A DNA stretch of 64,000 bases from Candidatus Bathyarchaeia archaeon (GCA_050012755.1 JBEKGO010000006.1:1-64000), one strand, 5' to 3'; numbered from the stretch's first letter, positions 41,692-52,240 are shown. Numbers and translations: made by a program. Notes: generated by a model not told the origin, from the letters alone.

Positions 41692-42402
41692 TCACTCTTT
41701 TTTCATCGCTTCTATTTTCAGTTCCTTAGGCATTAACTCAATAGCGTATCTCAATGCGGTTCGAGGCATTACCCTTCTATTTTTTATGATATAGTCATAA
41801 ACTTCTTTTTGATGAATTCGGCTTTCCTCTTTGAGTAACCACCCATAACCTTTCTGTACCATATCATCGCCATCATTTAACAGTTGATCGCATATTTCGA
41901 GGGCGTCTTGCAGGAAACAGCCCTTTTTTGCAGGAACAATAAGTGAAACAGCCGCAGCCCGTCTAAGCCAACGATTCCCAGATTTCGCCCATTCTCTAAT
42001 TTCGTTTAAGGTTTCTGGATATTTCTGGACTAGGTCGCCGATAGTGTGGTTACAGAATCCATCGCATTTTGCCCAGTTGTTTATGTATCGCTCAATCCAT
42101 CCTTTGAAAAACGGCAAGTCGCTTGGCTCAAGATGGTCAATGTAGTTCGGCAACCAAAAAGCAACTACAAAAGCCTCCTCAGTGTAGTCTGAACGATAAA
42201 GTTCTTTGCAAAGACCAAAAATTTCTTGTTTGTCAAGTGTCTGTACTTGTTTCCAGTATTTCTTGGCGATTTTACCTACTGTTTCGGTTTTAACGCCATA
42301 ATATTTTACTTGTTCTTTAAAGAAACGTTGAAAACTTTTTTGTGTTTGCGTGTCGGTGTTGACTTTTAGTTCTTTTCTTATTTGGGCAAGGATGCTGTTC
42401 AT
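41692..42402 (-). CDS. DNA alkylation repair protein (AlkD-like)
   Basis: NNWAKCD, WAKSGNRWLRR, MVQKGYGWLLKE, MPRTALRYAIE. Confidence 0.9.
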   Translation of the reverse strand: MNSILAQIRKELKVNTDTQTQKSFQRFFKEQVKYYGVKTETVGKIAKKYWKQVQTLDKQEIFGLCKELYRSDYTEEAFVVAFWLPNYIDHLEPSDLPFFKGWIERYINNWAKCDGFCNHTIGDLVQKYPETLNEIREWAKSGNRWLRRAAAVSLIVPAKKGCFLQDALEICDQLLNDGDDMVQKGYGWLLKEESRIHQKEVYDYIIKNRRVMPRTALRYAIELMPKELKIEAMKKE

Positions 42403-42477
42403 GTAGGTAAAAACAGTCTTTTGAGATTAATAGCTTTACTTAAAACTAAAGGTACAAAAAAATAGGAAGGTTGTGGG

Positions 42478-42765
42478 TTAGTAGTCTTCCATTTGGTAGA
42501 GGCCTAAGTCGATGTTTAATGATTTTTCAGGTCCATGTGCATCTTCAAGGTCGTAGAGGTGATTTGTGGCTTTGTCTAATCGGCTAGTTTTATTAACGGG
42601 CATTTTGGACTTTACCATCCTTACTTTCATTTTATTTTTGGGTTTGCGGACAATTTCCCCGCCGCCTATAACAAGTGAGTGGTCGATGGCTTTTGGAATA
42701 ATCTCGACCTTCACATCTTCAAGTCCTATCGGTTTTAGTATGTCTTCATGTAAATGTTTAGTCAA
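42478..42765 (-). CDS. 95-aa hypothetical protein, possible FtsZ C-terminal remnant
   Basis: TTG start overlaps the RHH gene end; ends ...EKSLNIDLGLYQMEDY. Confidence 0.6.
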   Translation of the reverse strand: MTKHLHEDILKPIGLEDVKVEIIPKAIDHSLVIGGGEIVRKPKNKMKVRMVKSKMPVNKTSRLDKATNHLYDLEDAHGPEKSLNIDLGLYQMEDY

Positions 42766-42913
42766 CGCCTTTGCGCCTCCAGACTTCTGCACTGATCAAG
42801 TCTCGAACAGCCACTCGGATCGCTTCGGCGCGGTTCGGATAGAACCTTTCGTCGACAAGCTGGTCCAAAGCTTTTATATATGTTTCAGGCAAATACAGAG
42901 TAATCATCTTCAA
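42758..42913 (-). CDS. Ribbon-helix-helix regulator, CdrS-like (not in ORF track)
   Basis: GGAG RBS; MKMITLYLPETYIKALDQLVDERFYPNRAEAIRVAVRDLISAEVWRRKGVD* (PNRxEAIRxAVRD motif). Confidence 0.88.
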   Translation of the reverse strand: MKMITLYLPETYIKALDQLVDERFYPNRAEAIRVAVRDLISAEVWRRKGVD

Positions 42914-43127
42914 TAGTTATCGCTCCCTATTAGTGATTGAATAATCAAACGAGTCCTTGTTGGATATACATCTATATAATATGCTACAAATATGCTTATA
43001 ACATGTTCATGCCTTAGCATATAAGCCTTTAATGGGTAACATTGCAGGTTTTTGTCAATTTCCGCTAAGCAACCTTTAAGTTTTTATCTCTTGTTGAAGC
43101 TTCTTACGAGCCGGTGATACATGGCCT

Positions 43128-44450
43128 TTGCAGGTTTTCGTTAGAAACTTTGGATGCTCAGCGAACATAGCAGATGGCGAAGTCTTAGCAGGATGCCTAG
43201 TACACGCAGGCTTCCAACTCGCAACTTCAGAGTCAAACGCTGACGTGTTAATCTACAATACATGTGCAGTTAAAGGTCCAACTGAAAACCGCATCATCAA
43301 CGTTATGAAGCATGCACCAAAAAGCAAGAAACTTATCGTAGCAGGTTGTTTGCCAATAATTAGTTTTGAACGGCTTTTTCGCGAAGTGTGTTTTGACGGC
43401 GCAATCGGTCCGTCAATTGGCAGCGGAATTGTTGATGTTGTTTCCCGTGTTTTTGCTGGCGAGAAAGTTGTGGAATTATCAAACCTGAATTGCAAACCAC
43501 AGCTGGATCTTCCAAGAGCAAAGACTAACCCTGTCATCAGCATTGTCCCTGTGAATTATGGATGTCTAGGTTCTTGCGCATACTGTTGTGTTGTTTTTGC
43601 CCGTGGACATCTGCGAAGCTATGGCATAAAGGAGGTTGTCAAACGAGTGCAATGCGATGTTGCCTCAGGCACCAAAGAGTTTTGGATCACATCTCAAGAC
43701 ACAGCCTGTTACGGAAGAGAAATTGGATCGAGTCTTGCAGAGTTGCTGGCAGCGCTGGGTGATTTACCTGGAGATTTTAAAGTCCGGGTTGGCATGATGA
43801 CTCCAAACATGGTTACTGATATGCAGAATAATCTGATTAATGCCTTTAGGAACCATAGAATTTTCAAATTTCTGCATTTACCGGTGCAAAGTGGCGATAA
43901 CGAGACATTGAAGCTGATGCGCAGGTTTTACACTGCTGAGCAATTCAAATATATTGTGGATGCGTTTAGGTCAGAGTTTCCTGACTTGACGCTTGCTACC
44001 GATGTCATTGTAGGGTTTCCAGGCGAAACAAAAGAAGCGTTTGAAAACACCCTAAAACTCTTAGAAGAAGTAAAGCCTGATGTGACTAATGTTTCAAAGT
44101 TTTTTGCAAGACCCAAAACAGCGGCGGCTCAGATGCAAGATGGCTTGGTTGACCGCGAGGAAATCAAACGAAGAAGTGCTGTTTCCGCGGCGTTAGTTAA
44201 GCGGATTTCTTTGGAGCGGAATCAGCGTTGGGTCGGCTGGGTTGGTGAAATACTGGTTGATGAGAAGGGCAAAGTGGATGGTTCATGGGTTGGACGCAAC
44301 TTTGCTTACAAGCCAGTTGCGGTAAAAAGCTCTAATAACCTACTGGGTAAAATTCTGGGAGTTAAAGTTGTGGATGCTTATTCAACTTATCTTAAAGGCA
44401 CTGTAATCAAAAAAATGGAACATAAGAAAGCCAATGAAACATACTTCTGA
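43128..44450 (+). CDS. tRNA methylthiotransferase (MiaB-like, archaeal MtaB type)
   Basis: FGCSAN, NTCAVK, CLGSCAYC radical SAM motif, HLPVQSG, TRAM domain. Confidence 0.92.
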   Translation: MQVFVRNFGCSANIADGEVLAGCLVHAGFQLATSESNADVLIYNTCAVKGPTENRIINVMKHAPKSKKLIVAGCLPIISFERLFREVCFDGAIGPSIGSGIVDVVSRVFAGEKVVELSNLNCKPQLDLPRAKTNPVISIVPVNYGCLGSCAYCCVVFARGHLRSYGIKEVVKRVQCDVASGTKEFWITSQDTACYGREIGSSLAELLAALGDLPGDFKVRVGMMTPNMVTDMQNNLINAFRNHRIFKFLHLPVQSGDNETLKLMRRFYTAEQFKYIVDAFRSEFPDLTLATDVIVGFPGETKEAFENTLKLLEEVKPDVTNVSKFFARPKTAAAQMQDGLVDREEIKRRSAVSAALVKRISLERNQRWVGWVGEILVDEKGKVDGSWVGRNFAYKPVAVKSSNNLLGKILGVKVVDAYSTYLKGTVIKKMEHKKANETYF

Positions 44451-44520
44451 AATTAACACCGAATAGGCACAGTAGAATGCTTAAATAATTTCGGCTCTTG
44501 TATTTTCTTCAGGCTAAGTA

Positions 44521-45948
44521 ATGACTAACACGAAATCAAATATTAAATTCTTTAATACGTTAACGCGTAAGAAAGAAGTTTTCAAGCCATTGGAAGACGG
44601 AAAAGTGAAAATATATACGTGTGGCCCAACAGTTTATGATTATGCTCATATCGGCAATTTTAGGGCTTTTTTGTTTGAGGATTTGCTTAAGCGTTGGCTT
44701 GTGAACAGAGGTTTTAAGGTCACCCACGTCATGAACCTAACTGACGTTGACGATAGAACTATTAAGGGCAGCCAGAAACAGCAGGTACCGCTTAGACAGC
44801 TCACCGATTTCTACGTGAAAGCGTTCTTTGAAGATATTAAAGCGTTAAACATAGAGCCAGCGGATGCTTATCCCCGAGCTACCGAGTTTATTCCTGAAAT
44901 GGTTACTTTGATTAAGACCTTGATGGATAAGGGCTTCGCTTACAGAAGTGAAGACAGCTCAATTTATTACGCCATAAGCAAGTTCCCAGATTATGGTAAA
45001 CTTTCAAAAATAAAAACTAATGAACTCAAGGCAGGGGCAAGAGTCAGCCAGGACGAATACGCTAAAGAGGAAGCTCAGGACTTCGCATTGTGGAAAGCCT
45101 GGACGCTTGAAGATGGCGACGTATTTTGGGAAACAGAGCTTGGCAAGGGTAGACCTGGCTGGCACATTGAATGCAGCGCTATGAGCATGAAGTATCTGGG
45201 CGAAACCTTTGACATTCACTGCGGCGGAGTAGACAACATTTTTCCCCATCATGAGAACGAGATTGCGCAAAGCGAGGCAGCAACGGGTAAGAAGTTTGTT
45301 TATTATTGGTTGCATAATGAGCATTTGCTTGTTGAAGGCAAAAAAATGGCTAAGCGCCTCGGCAACTTCTACGCGCTCCGAGACCTTTTAGCTAAAGGCT
45401 ACGATCCGATTGCCATCAGGTACCTACTTATGTCAACGCATTATCGGCAGCAGTTCAACTTCACTTTCGAGGGCCTGGAATCTGCCAAGGGTGCGGTTGA
45501 TAGGCTACGGAATTTTGTTCGTCGGTTGCATGAGGTCGATGGAGGTAAGGACAGTAAGGGAAGAGTTGCGGTTTTAACCGAGAATCTTGAAGCTTGTTTT
45601 GGCGGTTCGATGGATGATGATTTGGACATCGGGATCGCGTTGGCGTCGCTATTTGATTTTGTAAGGGAAATAAACAACCTGCTTGATTCTAACATGATAA
45701 GCAAGGCGGAGTCGGCGCATGTGGGCGGTTTAATGACGATGATCGACGAAGTTTTAGGTGTTATCGGGAAAGTAGAAGTTGAAGAAGCCTTGTCAGACGA
45801 CATTGATGCTTTAGTGCAGAAACGTGAGAGCGCCAGAAAAGCCAAGAAGTGGAAAGAAGCCGATGAGATAAGAACACAGCTTAAGGCAATGGGCATTGTA
45901 CTTGAGGATACAGCGCAAGGCGTTCGGTGGCATAAAGAAAAGACTTAG
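44521..45948 (+). CDS. cysS: Cysteine--tRNA ligase
   Basis: [34 protein letters not shown]. Confidence 0.98.
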   Translation: MTNTKSNIKFFNTLTRKKEVFKPLEDGKVKIYTCGPTVYDYAHIGNFRAFLFEDLLKRWLVNRGFKVTHVMNLTDVDDRTIKGSQKQQVPLRQLTDFYVKAFFEDIKALNIEPADAYPRATEFIPEMVTLIKTLMDKGFAYRSEDSSIYYAISKFPDYGKLSKIKTNELKAGARVSQDEYAKEEAQDFALWKAWTLEDGDVFWETELGKGRPGWHIECSAMSMKYLGETFDIHCGGVDNIFPHHENEIAQSEAATGKKFVYYWLHNEHLLVEGKKMAKRLGNFYALRDLLAKGYDPIAIRYLLMSTHYRQQFNFTFEGLESAKGAVDRLRNFVRRLHEVDGGKDSKGRVAVLTENLEACFGGSMDDDLDIGIALASLFDFVREINNLLDSNMISKAESAHVGGLMTMIDEVLGVIGKVEVEEALSDDIDALVQKRESARKAKKWKEADEIRTQLKAMGIVLEDTAQGVRWHKEKT

Positions 45949-46733
45949 TTGCCTGTTTTGCCCTCAAAATTCCATTCCTTCTTAGAATATTTTTCTTTAT
46001 AGAGTTTATTTGCAAGCTCCAATTCGTAAGTTGTTAGCTCACCGAGTTCAAGCTGTATTTTAAGCGTTGCCTTAAAGCCCTGTGTCAATGCGTTAGCGAT
46101 TGTACTGGGCGAAACAGCATGGCCCAGTTCATTTTGGATGCTGGTGATTTTCCGTTTGGCGATGTCTGCTGCTTGACTGCAAGTTGCATTTTTTAATTTC
46201 AGAAGCTGAAACATTTTTGTCAAATCGACATTTCGCAAAAGTGTGCCATGTTGAAGTGCGACTCCTCGGCTGTTGGTTTGGCTGCTGCCAGAGATTTTCT
46301 TGCCTCCAACTGTCATGTTGGGACAGTTTTTAGCGTTGCCAGTGCTGAAATCAGCTGTTATCCCCAAAAGCCTAAGTGCATCCTTTATCGCCTCGTAAAT
46401 CTTGGCGTAAACAATAGTGATATCTTTCGTTCCTAAAGTTTCTGTTTTGGCAGTTATGCTGTAGGTCACTTCGCCCTCGTAGTCATGATAAACTGTGCCA
46501 CCGCCGCTACTACGCCTAACCAAATCGACGCCAAATTGTCTGCAGGCATCAAGGTACACTTCGGCTTCAGGGTTCTGGTTTTTGCCGATGCTTACGGCAG
46601 AGGGTTGCCACCGGTAGAAACGCAACGTATTAGGAACTTGTCCAGTGATTCGCGCATTTAAGATTGCCTCGTCAACTGCCATATTCATAAACGCATTGTT
46701 TGTTTCAAGCGATAATAGGCGCCAAGTATCCAT
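45945..46733 (-). CDS. Lipoate-protein ligase family protein
   Basis: NMAVDEAIL, RRSSGGGTVYHD, KKISGSSQ, QHGT. Confidence 0.92.
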   Translation of the reverse strand: MDTWRLLSLETNNAFMNMAVDEAILNARITGQVPNTLRFYRWQPSAVSIGKNQNPEAEVYLDACRQFGVDLVRRSSGGGTVYHDYEGEVTYSITAKTETLGTKDITIVYAKIYEAIKDALRLLGITADFSTGNAKNCPNMTVGGKKISGSSQTNSRGVALQHGTLLRNVDLTKMFQLLKLKNATCSQAADIAKRKITSIQNELGHAVSPSTIANALTQGFKATLKIQLELGELTTYELELANKLYKEKYSKKEWNFEGKTGN

Positions 46734-46865
46734 AAGTCTTCAACCTTTTCAATGAAAAACTGAATATCGCTTAAAACTCTTATGGGCAATAAAAAAGCTG
46801 CTCTCAGTGGAGAGATAAAGCCTTAAAACCTGAACTTGCATTCTTAACCAAAAGAGGGCAAAATA

Positions 46866-47747
46866 ATGAAGGTTATCTCAGGTCCAGCTTCGAAAGAGCT
46901 TGCTGAACGGATTTCAGCGTTATCTGGCTTTGGCAACATTAGTGTTGCTTCCAAAGTTTTTCCTGATGGAGAATCATACGTTCGCTTGGAAGGCGAAATG
47001 AAAGGCGAAAATGTAGCGATTGTACAGACGACGTGCCCCCCGATGCAAGATGGGAGACTTTTCCAGCTAGCCTTCATGGCTGACGCGGCAAAGCGAAGTG
47101 GCGCCGTCAAAGTCACCGCTGTTGTGCCTTATTTGGCTTACGCGCGGCAGGACAAGATGTTTCTATCGGGTGAAGGCATAAGCATTGAAACCATCGCACG
47201 AATGCTCAAAGCAGCAGGAATCGACGAATTAATCACCGTTAACATCCACTCAGAATCAACACTCAATCAGTTTCCGTTTCCAGCAAAAACCTTGAGCGCT
47301 ATCCCGCTCTTGGCACAGTATTTCGTGGATAAAGGCTTCGAAGGCGCATTTGCTCTATCTCCCGACAAAGGAGCGATGTACATAGCAAAGCAAGCACAGA
47401 AAGTCCTGGGGGGCGACTCTGGACACCTAAGCAAACAGCGCGACCGTTACACTGGGCAAACCGTACAGACTGCAGAGGGCTTAAACGTTAAAGACCAAAC
47501 CGTAATCATCCTTGACGACATAATTAGCACAGGCGGCACCATTGTTGGCGCAGCAAAAATTCTCCGCGAACAAGGCGCCAAACATGTTTTCTGCGCGTGT
47601 GTGCACGGTTTACTGATCGACGACGCACAAAAACGCATCTTAGACGCTGGCGTGGAGGAAATCGTGGGAACCGACAGCGTACCAAGTATTATAAGCAAAG
47701 TTTCGTTAGCGCCGCTATTAAGCCAAGAACTTAGGGCGCAGAAATAG
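46866..47747 (+). CDS. prs: Ribose-phosphate pyrophosphokinase
   Basis: FPDGESYVR, PYLAYARQD, SPDKGA, DDIISTGGT. Confidence 0.96.
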   Translation: MKVISGPASKELAERISALSGFGNISVASKVFPDGESYVRLEGEMKGENVAIVQTTCPPMQDGRLFQLAFMADAAKRSGAVKVTAVVPYLAYARQDKMFLSGEGISIETIARMLKAAGIDELITVNIHSESTLNQFPFPAKTLSAIPLLAQYFVDKGFEGAFALSPDKGAMYIAKQAQKVLGGDSGHLSKQRDRYTGQTVQTAEGLNVKDQTVIILDDIISTGGTIVGAAKILREQGAKHVFCACVHGLLIDDAQKRILDAGVEEIVGTDSVPSIISKVSLAPLLSQELRAQK

Positions 47748-48847
47748 TGGCAAAACTTTTTTTTCTGCTGTCAGGCGAGAATGAATCGCTGCCTGTTGCC
47801 GAAGTCAAAGCGATCCTTGAAGCTGAAGGATACCAATATGCCAATGCAGAGGAATTTGACCAAGTTTTAAGGTTGGAGGCAGACGTGAACAGTGTGAAGT
47901 TGATTCAAGTCCGGTCGGCTTACACGCGAGTTTGTGCATTGGAACTTTTTGTATCAAATGCAGACTTATCGGACATAGCTGATGCAGCTTCTAAAACAGA
48001 CTTCAAAGCCGTCCTACGGCCGGGCGAAAGTTTCGTCGTTAGAATAAACCGTATAAAAAACTATGCTGACGAGGCTTTGAACACTATGGTTCTTGAAGGC
48101 AAACTGGGTAAGCAAATCTTAAACGCAACGATAGGTACAAAAGTAAACCTCAAAAACCCCGACAAAATTTTCCTCGGGATAATCACAGGCGACAAACTTG
48201 TCTTAGGCTTAAAACTCACGGATATAACCTCCAAAACCTTTTCAGAGCGAAGACCACGCAAAAAACCATTCTTTCATCCGTCCGCTATGCCTTCGAAGAT
48301 GGCACGTTGCATGGTGAATTTAGCACATGGCAAAGTGGAAAGCTTGGTTTTAGACCCTTTTTGTGGAACAGGCACATCACTTATTGAGGCCACTTATATC
48401 GGCTGCAGAGCGGTGGGTGTGGATGCTCAGAAACGGATGGTTTTGGGTTGCAGAAAAAACCTTCGACACTTCAACATCTCTCCTGAAGGTCTAATCTGGG
48501 GTGACGCTCGAATGCTGCCTTTCCTTAAGGTTGATTGCGTCGTAACTGACCCTCCATATGGCCGTTCATCAAGCACTTTGAAATCAACGACTAAGCAGTT
48601 GGTGCAAGACGTTTTGGCTTCAACATATGACTTGTTGAGGGTGGGACAACGAATTTGTATCGCACTCCCGATTACACGTAACAAATCTGGATCAATTAAG
48701 CATATGTCAAATGAAATATCTACATTTATTGAAGATCTAGGTTTCAAACGTTTGCAAAGTCATGCAGTCTATGTGCATAGGACGTTAACGAGGGAGATAA
48801 TGGTCTATGAAAAAGCTGAAACAAGCCGTTTGTCTATCCGCCTTTAA
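47747..48847 (+). CDS. tRNA (G10-N2) methyltransferase, THUMP + MTase (Trm11/TrmG10)
   Basis: RPRKKPFFHP, LDPFCGTG, TDPPYGRS, VHRTLTR. Confidence 0.9.
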   Translation: MAKLFFLLSGENESLPVAEVKAILEAEGYQYANAEEFDQVLRLEADVNSVKLIQVRSAYTRVCALELFVSNADLSDIADAASKTDFKAVLRPGESFVVRINRIKNYADEALNTMVLEGKLGKQILNATIGTKVNLKNPDKIFLGIITGDKLVLGLKLTDITSKTFSERRPRKKPFFHPSAMPSKMARCMVNLAHGKVESLVLDPFCGTGTSLIEATYIGCRAVGVDAQKRMVLGCRKNLRHFNISPEGLIWGDARMLPFLKVDCVVTDPPYGRSSSTLKSTTKQLVQDVLASTYDLLRVGQRICIALPITRNKSGSIKHMSNEISTFIEDLGFKRLQSHAVYVHRTLTREIMVYEKAETSRLSIRL

Positions 48848-48934
48848 GGAGTAAAGTAGAGGCATTCTGATGCCCGTCTAGGTATTAAATTAAGATTTGA
48901 ATTAAAAAAAAGAAAAAGGAAAATTGTTTTGAAT

Positions 48935-51604
48935 TTATCGCTTTCTCAGTACAAGCGCAAAGCCTATGGCGATCACGATGATTATGGCAACTGCGGCACC
49001 GACTACGTATAGCATAAGATCAGATGTTGTTGCAACATTTACTTGAGCCGTAACGGTTGGTGTTGGTGTTGCTGCTGGACCGCTAGCATAGAAGTACGTT
49101 GTAGAAGTCGACGGATAGTAGCTGTTCGAACCTAGGAAGCTAGCAATAACTTCGAAGTTGCCAGGAATGTCCGGTGTCCAAGTTAAACCATAGTGGCCCG
49201 TGCCATCACTCGTAGTAGTGCCAATCGTTCTAAAGTTGTTGTTTGCGTCAAGAACACTAATTGTTATTGGCACACCAGTTATGTTGTTCGGCATTACCTG
49301 TTGCTGATAAACTGCTTCCATGAATGCACTTTCGCTTGCATCAGAGACGCATGGCAGACCATTGGGGAAGTTAGATTTAACCAACTGTTGGTTTGTGCCC
49401 GCTGAGACATCTGTTATAGTGCCTGTGATGGTTATCGGGGTAGCGGTTGAAACTCCAACGCTAGGTGCTGAAACGGTAATATCGCTCGGTCCCTTGGCAA
49501 AAGCGTATAACTGGTTGTCATAAGCATTTAGCGACACAACGACTCCATATGATATTTCAGTGGAAGTAACACTTGTATCCAGTTCTTTCCACACAAGCGA
49601 ACCATCAGTCATGTTTACTGCATATAGTTGAGCCCCGTGAAATAGCGGCGGGTTGTATTCATGTCCTCCAGCAAAGTATCCAACGTCGTTGGATATACAG
49701 CTGCTACCGAAGACCCAAAGTGGCCAGATGTTGTATGGTGTCTCAATTCCTGATGGACCGCTCCATTGCGTTGTGTTGGCGTACCATGCCAGTTTTCCGG
49801 TTGTTTCATTTATGGCCCAGACATCGCCTCCGAGAGCTTCCCAGATGCTAAGACCCTTTCCATTATAGGGTTTTATCTGGAATAGGTCGTAGATGTTTGG
49901 GCTAGCGCCGTTTGTTCCAGTCAATTGGATGTCCCATGCTTTGGTGGCAGTGCGTACATTGTATGCGACTACGTCCATGTTGACGTCGTTGCCCCATTCC
50001 ATCAGTCCGTCACCGAAATTTGACATGTCCCTAGTGTATGGTAGAAGCGCCTTTGTATCAGCATAAGTTATGTTTACAGCGCCTAAGAATTGGCCAGTCA
50101 TAGCATCCAAGCTTGCCATACTAACGAAGCCCTGTGTTCCATACATGTAAGATCCTGAAGTGAATACTATAGCACCGCCAGTTATCGACGATAAGCCTAG
50201 AGCGGGGTCAAATTTTACACCGCTGATGTTGGTTGGCACATTTACGTCAAACATGTATCCTGTCTGCATAGCTCGTACTGAGTTTACGTTAAGGTTGGTA
50301 GGACTCATAGCGGAAGTTACGCCCATGCATGTCGTCATGTTGACAGCGGTCACGTGAGTTCCAGTGGTTGTTGCTAACGCGGTTGTTCCAGCGGTCGGAT
50401 GAATGACTTGTGTGCCAGCGGTAGAGTTCGTGAAGTAGCCTATCATGTTTCCATTGCTATCTTGTCCGATTGTCAGAGAGGAGCCGTTGACAACGCTCTC
50501 AACGTATTTCCCAGTTACACCATCATAGAGGTTCCATTGTGTTCCCCTATTGGCGGGTACTGTTCCACCAGTGTCTGATGCTGGAAGAGTGCCTGTAGTC
50601 CAAAGCCAAGGTCCACGAACACCATAGTCGTTAATTGTGTACATATTGAAAAGGACGCCGCCTATCAAGGGGTTGGTGGTGTTTATCGTCCATAGAGTTT
50701 CTCCAGTGTATAGGTTCAATGCAACGATGCCCTGATTAGCGCCAGAGGCCATGCCGAAAGTATATTGCGTAGAGTATAGTATGCCGTTCATGACGACTGG
50801 GGCATACCTAGGTGTGTACTGGAATGTTGACCAAAAGTGACTTGTGACTTCTCCTCCACCGAATATTCCTCCGGCTACACCGCCCGCTAGCCAAGGCTTC
50901 GTCCATATGACATGCCCAGCATTCACCGATTCGGTATAGGGGTTATAGTTACTAGTGCAGTTGTATCCTCCACATGACGCAAAAGCTTCGTAACCGGTTC
51001 CAATCCATGCTCCTGTGAGAGTGTACCAATTCTGAGAATTCTCAGCTGATACTGGTGTCTGCCACCACTGTGTTGGAAGCGGAGTAAACGGAAACACGCG
51101 CTGTACTGCTGGTTCTTGTTGCACCACAAGTGTAGATGGTAAGCTTTGGCTAGGATCAGCCCAGACGCCCTTTGTTCCTGGACCAAAAATACTACCAGAT
51201 TGGTTCGTAAGCTCTTGTCCACCGTATCTGAATATAATTGTATAGTTGCCAAGTACGGTAGGCGTAAAGTAAGCAACTGTACCGTCAGTGAGGTCGGAAG
51301 TATACGGTCCTAACGTGGTTTTAACTCCATTGGGATCCGTTATGTCAACATAGAAATTTATCGCTACTTCATTGCTTGGAAAGACAGTCGAAAGGAATAT
51401 GCCAAGAGTTACTTGCTGGCCGATGCCGGCGGGATTAGGGAACACGTTGAGATATGAATAAGTGGGCATGTGCGTACCTGGTGCAATCGCCGCATCTCCA
51501 TGTGTTAATGGAATTGTAACTACGGTCATTGAGAGCATTAGTAACATTGCAATCAAGGTAATTACGGTTTTACTTTTTGGGATTTTTATGTTTAATGTTT
51601 TCAT
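48935..51604 (-). CDS. Large secreted PQQ-like beta-propeller surface protein with C-terminal TM anchor
   Basis: Signal peptide, repeated A(L/I/V)NxxTG..W motifs, NAYDNQLYAFAKGPS, terminal TM + RKR. Confidence 0.85.
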   Translation of the reverse strand: MKTLNIKIPKSKTVITLIAMLLMLSMTVVTIPLTHGDAAIAPGTHMPTYSYLNVFPNPAGIGQQVTLGIFLSTVFPSNEVAINFYVDITDPNGVKTTLGPYTSDLTDGTVAYFTPTVLGNYTIIFRYGGQELTNQSGSIFGPGTKGVWADPSQSLPSTLVVQQEPAVQRVFPFTPLPTQWWQTPVSAENSQNWYTLTGAWIGTGYEAFASCGGYNCTSNYNPYTESVNAGHVIWTKPWLAGGVAGGIFGGGEVTSHFWSTFQYTPRYAPVVMNGILYSTQYTFGMASGANQGIVALNLYTGETLWTINTTNPLIGGVLFNMYTINDYGVRGPWLWTTGTLPASDTGGTVPANRGTQWNLYDGVTGKYVESVVNGSSLTIGQDSNGNMIGYFTNSTAGTQVIHPTAGTTALATTTGTHVTAVNMTTCMGVTSAMSPTNLNVNSVRAMQTGYMFDVNVPTNISGVKFDPALGLSSITGGAIVFTSGSYMYGTQGFVSMASLDAMTGQFLGAVNITYADTKALLPYTRDMSNFGDGLMEWGNDVNMDVVAYNVRTATKAWDIQLTGTNGASPNIYDLFQIKPYNGKGLSIWEALGGDVWAINETTGKLAWYANTTQWSGPSGIETPYNIWPLWVFGSSCISNDVGYFAGGHEYNPPLFHGAQLYAVNMTDGSLVWKELDTSVTSTEISYGVVVSLNAYDNQLYAFAKGPSDITVSAPSVGVSTATPITITGTITDVSAGTNQQLVKSNFPNGLPCVSDASESAFMEAVYQQQVMPNNITGVPITISVLDANNNFRTIGTTTSDGTGHYGLTWTPDIPGNFEVIASFLGSNSYYPSTSTTYFYASGPAATPTPTVTAQVNVATTSDLMLYVVGAAVAIIIVIAIGFALVLRKR

Positions 51605-51997
51605 TTTTGTTTTTCTTCCTTCAATTTTGTTAAACGGAAAGTAAGCTTTCTAAGCAAGCTCTCTCTCTCTTCCGTTCAGGTTGGTTATATCAAAGCTAAC
51701 GTATTTATAATTTTGGATAAATATTGGAAAACGTTTATAAGTCATAAAATCCATTAAGAAAGTTTCTTTTCCTTCGAAAAAATATTCCTATTAGAATGCC
51801 CAAAACGGTTTCATCAGATTTTGCACATGGGTCCCGTGCTTGCTGAAACTGTTAGATGAGGGTTGAAAGTAGAAGTGCGAGAACTATTAAGAAAAACGGA
51901 AAAAGGCCAAATTTGTTTTTCATTTAATACCTTCGTCATTATATAAATAATATGACACGTGTCATGTTCTTAAGCTTTACCCGCCAAACAATTATCG

Positions 51998-52240
51998 CTG
52001 AAGGGGTTGCAGGTCGTTGAACAGACGCTATCGAAAGCAGGAATACTGCTAAGCCAGCACCTCAAACACTTTTTAGGGGCTGAAACACTCTCACAGGTTG
52101 AAGGAAAATGACTCAATTCAGTCATTCGTTACCCCACAAGGAGCAAGCGGTTTGTATTGCTTCGCCTAAAACATTACAGATTTAAGCGTTAGCTGAGGCT
52201 TTAGGTTATAGGCAAGTGGAATCCCATTCTGCCTTCAAAC
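51998..52240 (+). ncRNA. Putative structured RNA of unknown family upstream of rnz
   Basis: Six hand-folded hairpins plus GGGGT/ACCCC and TGAAGG/CCTTCA long-range pairings; TATA-like CTTAAG at 51969-74. Confidence 0.5.
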
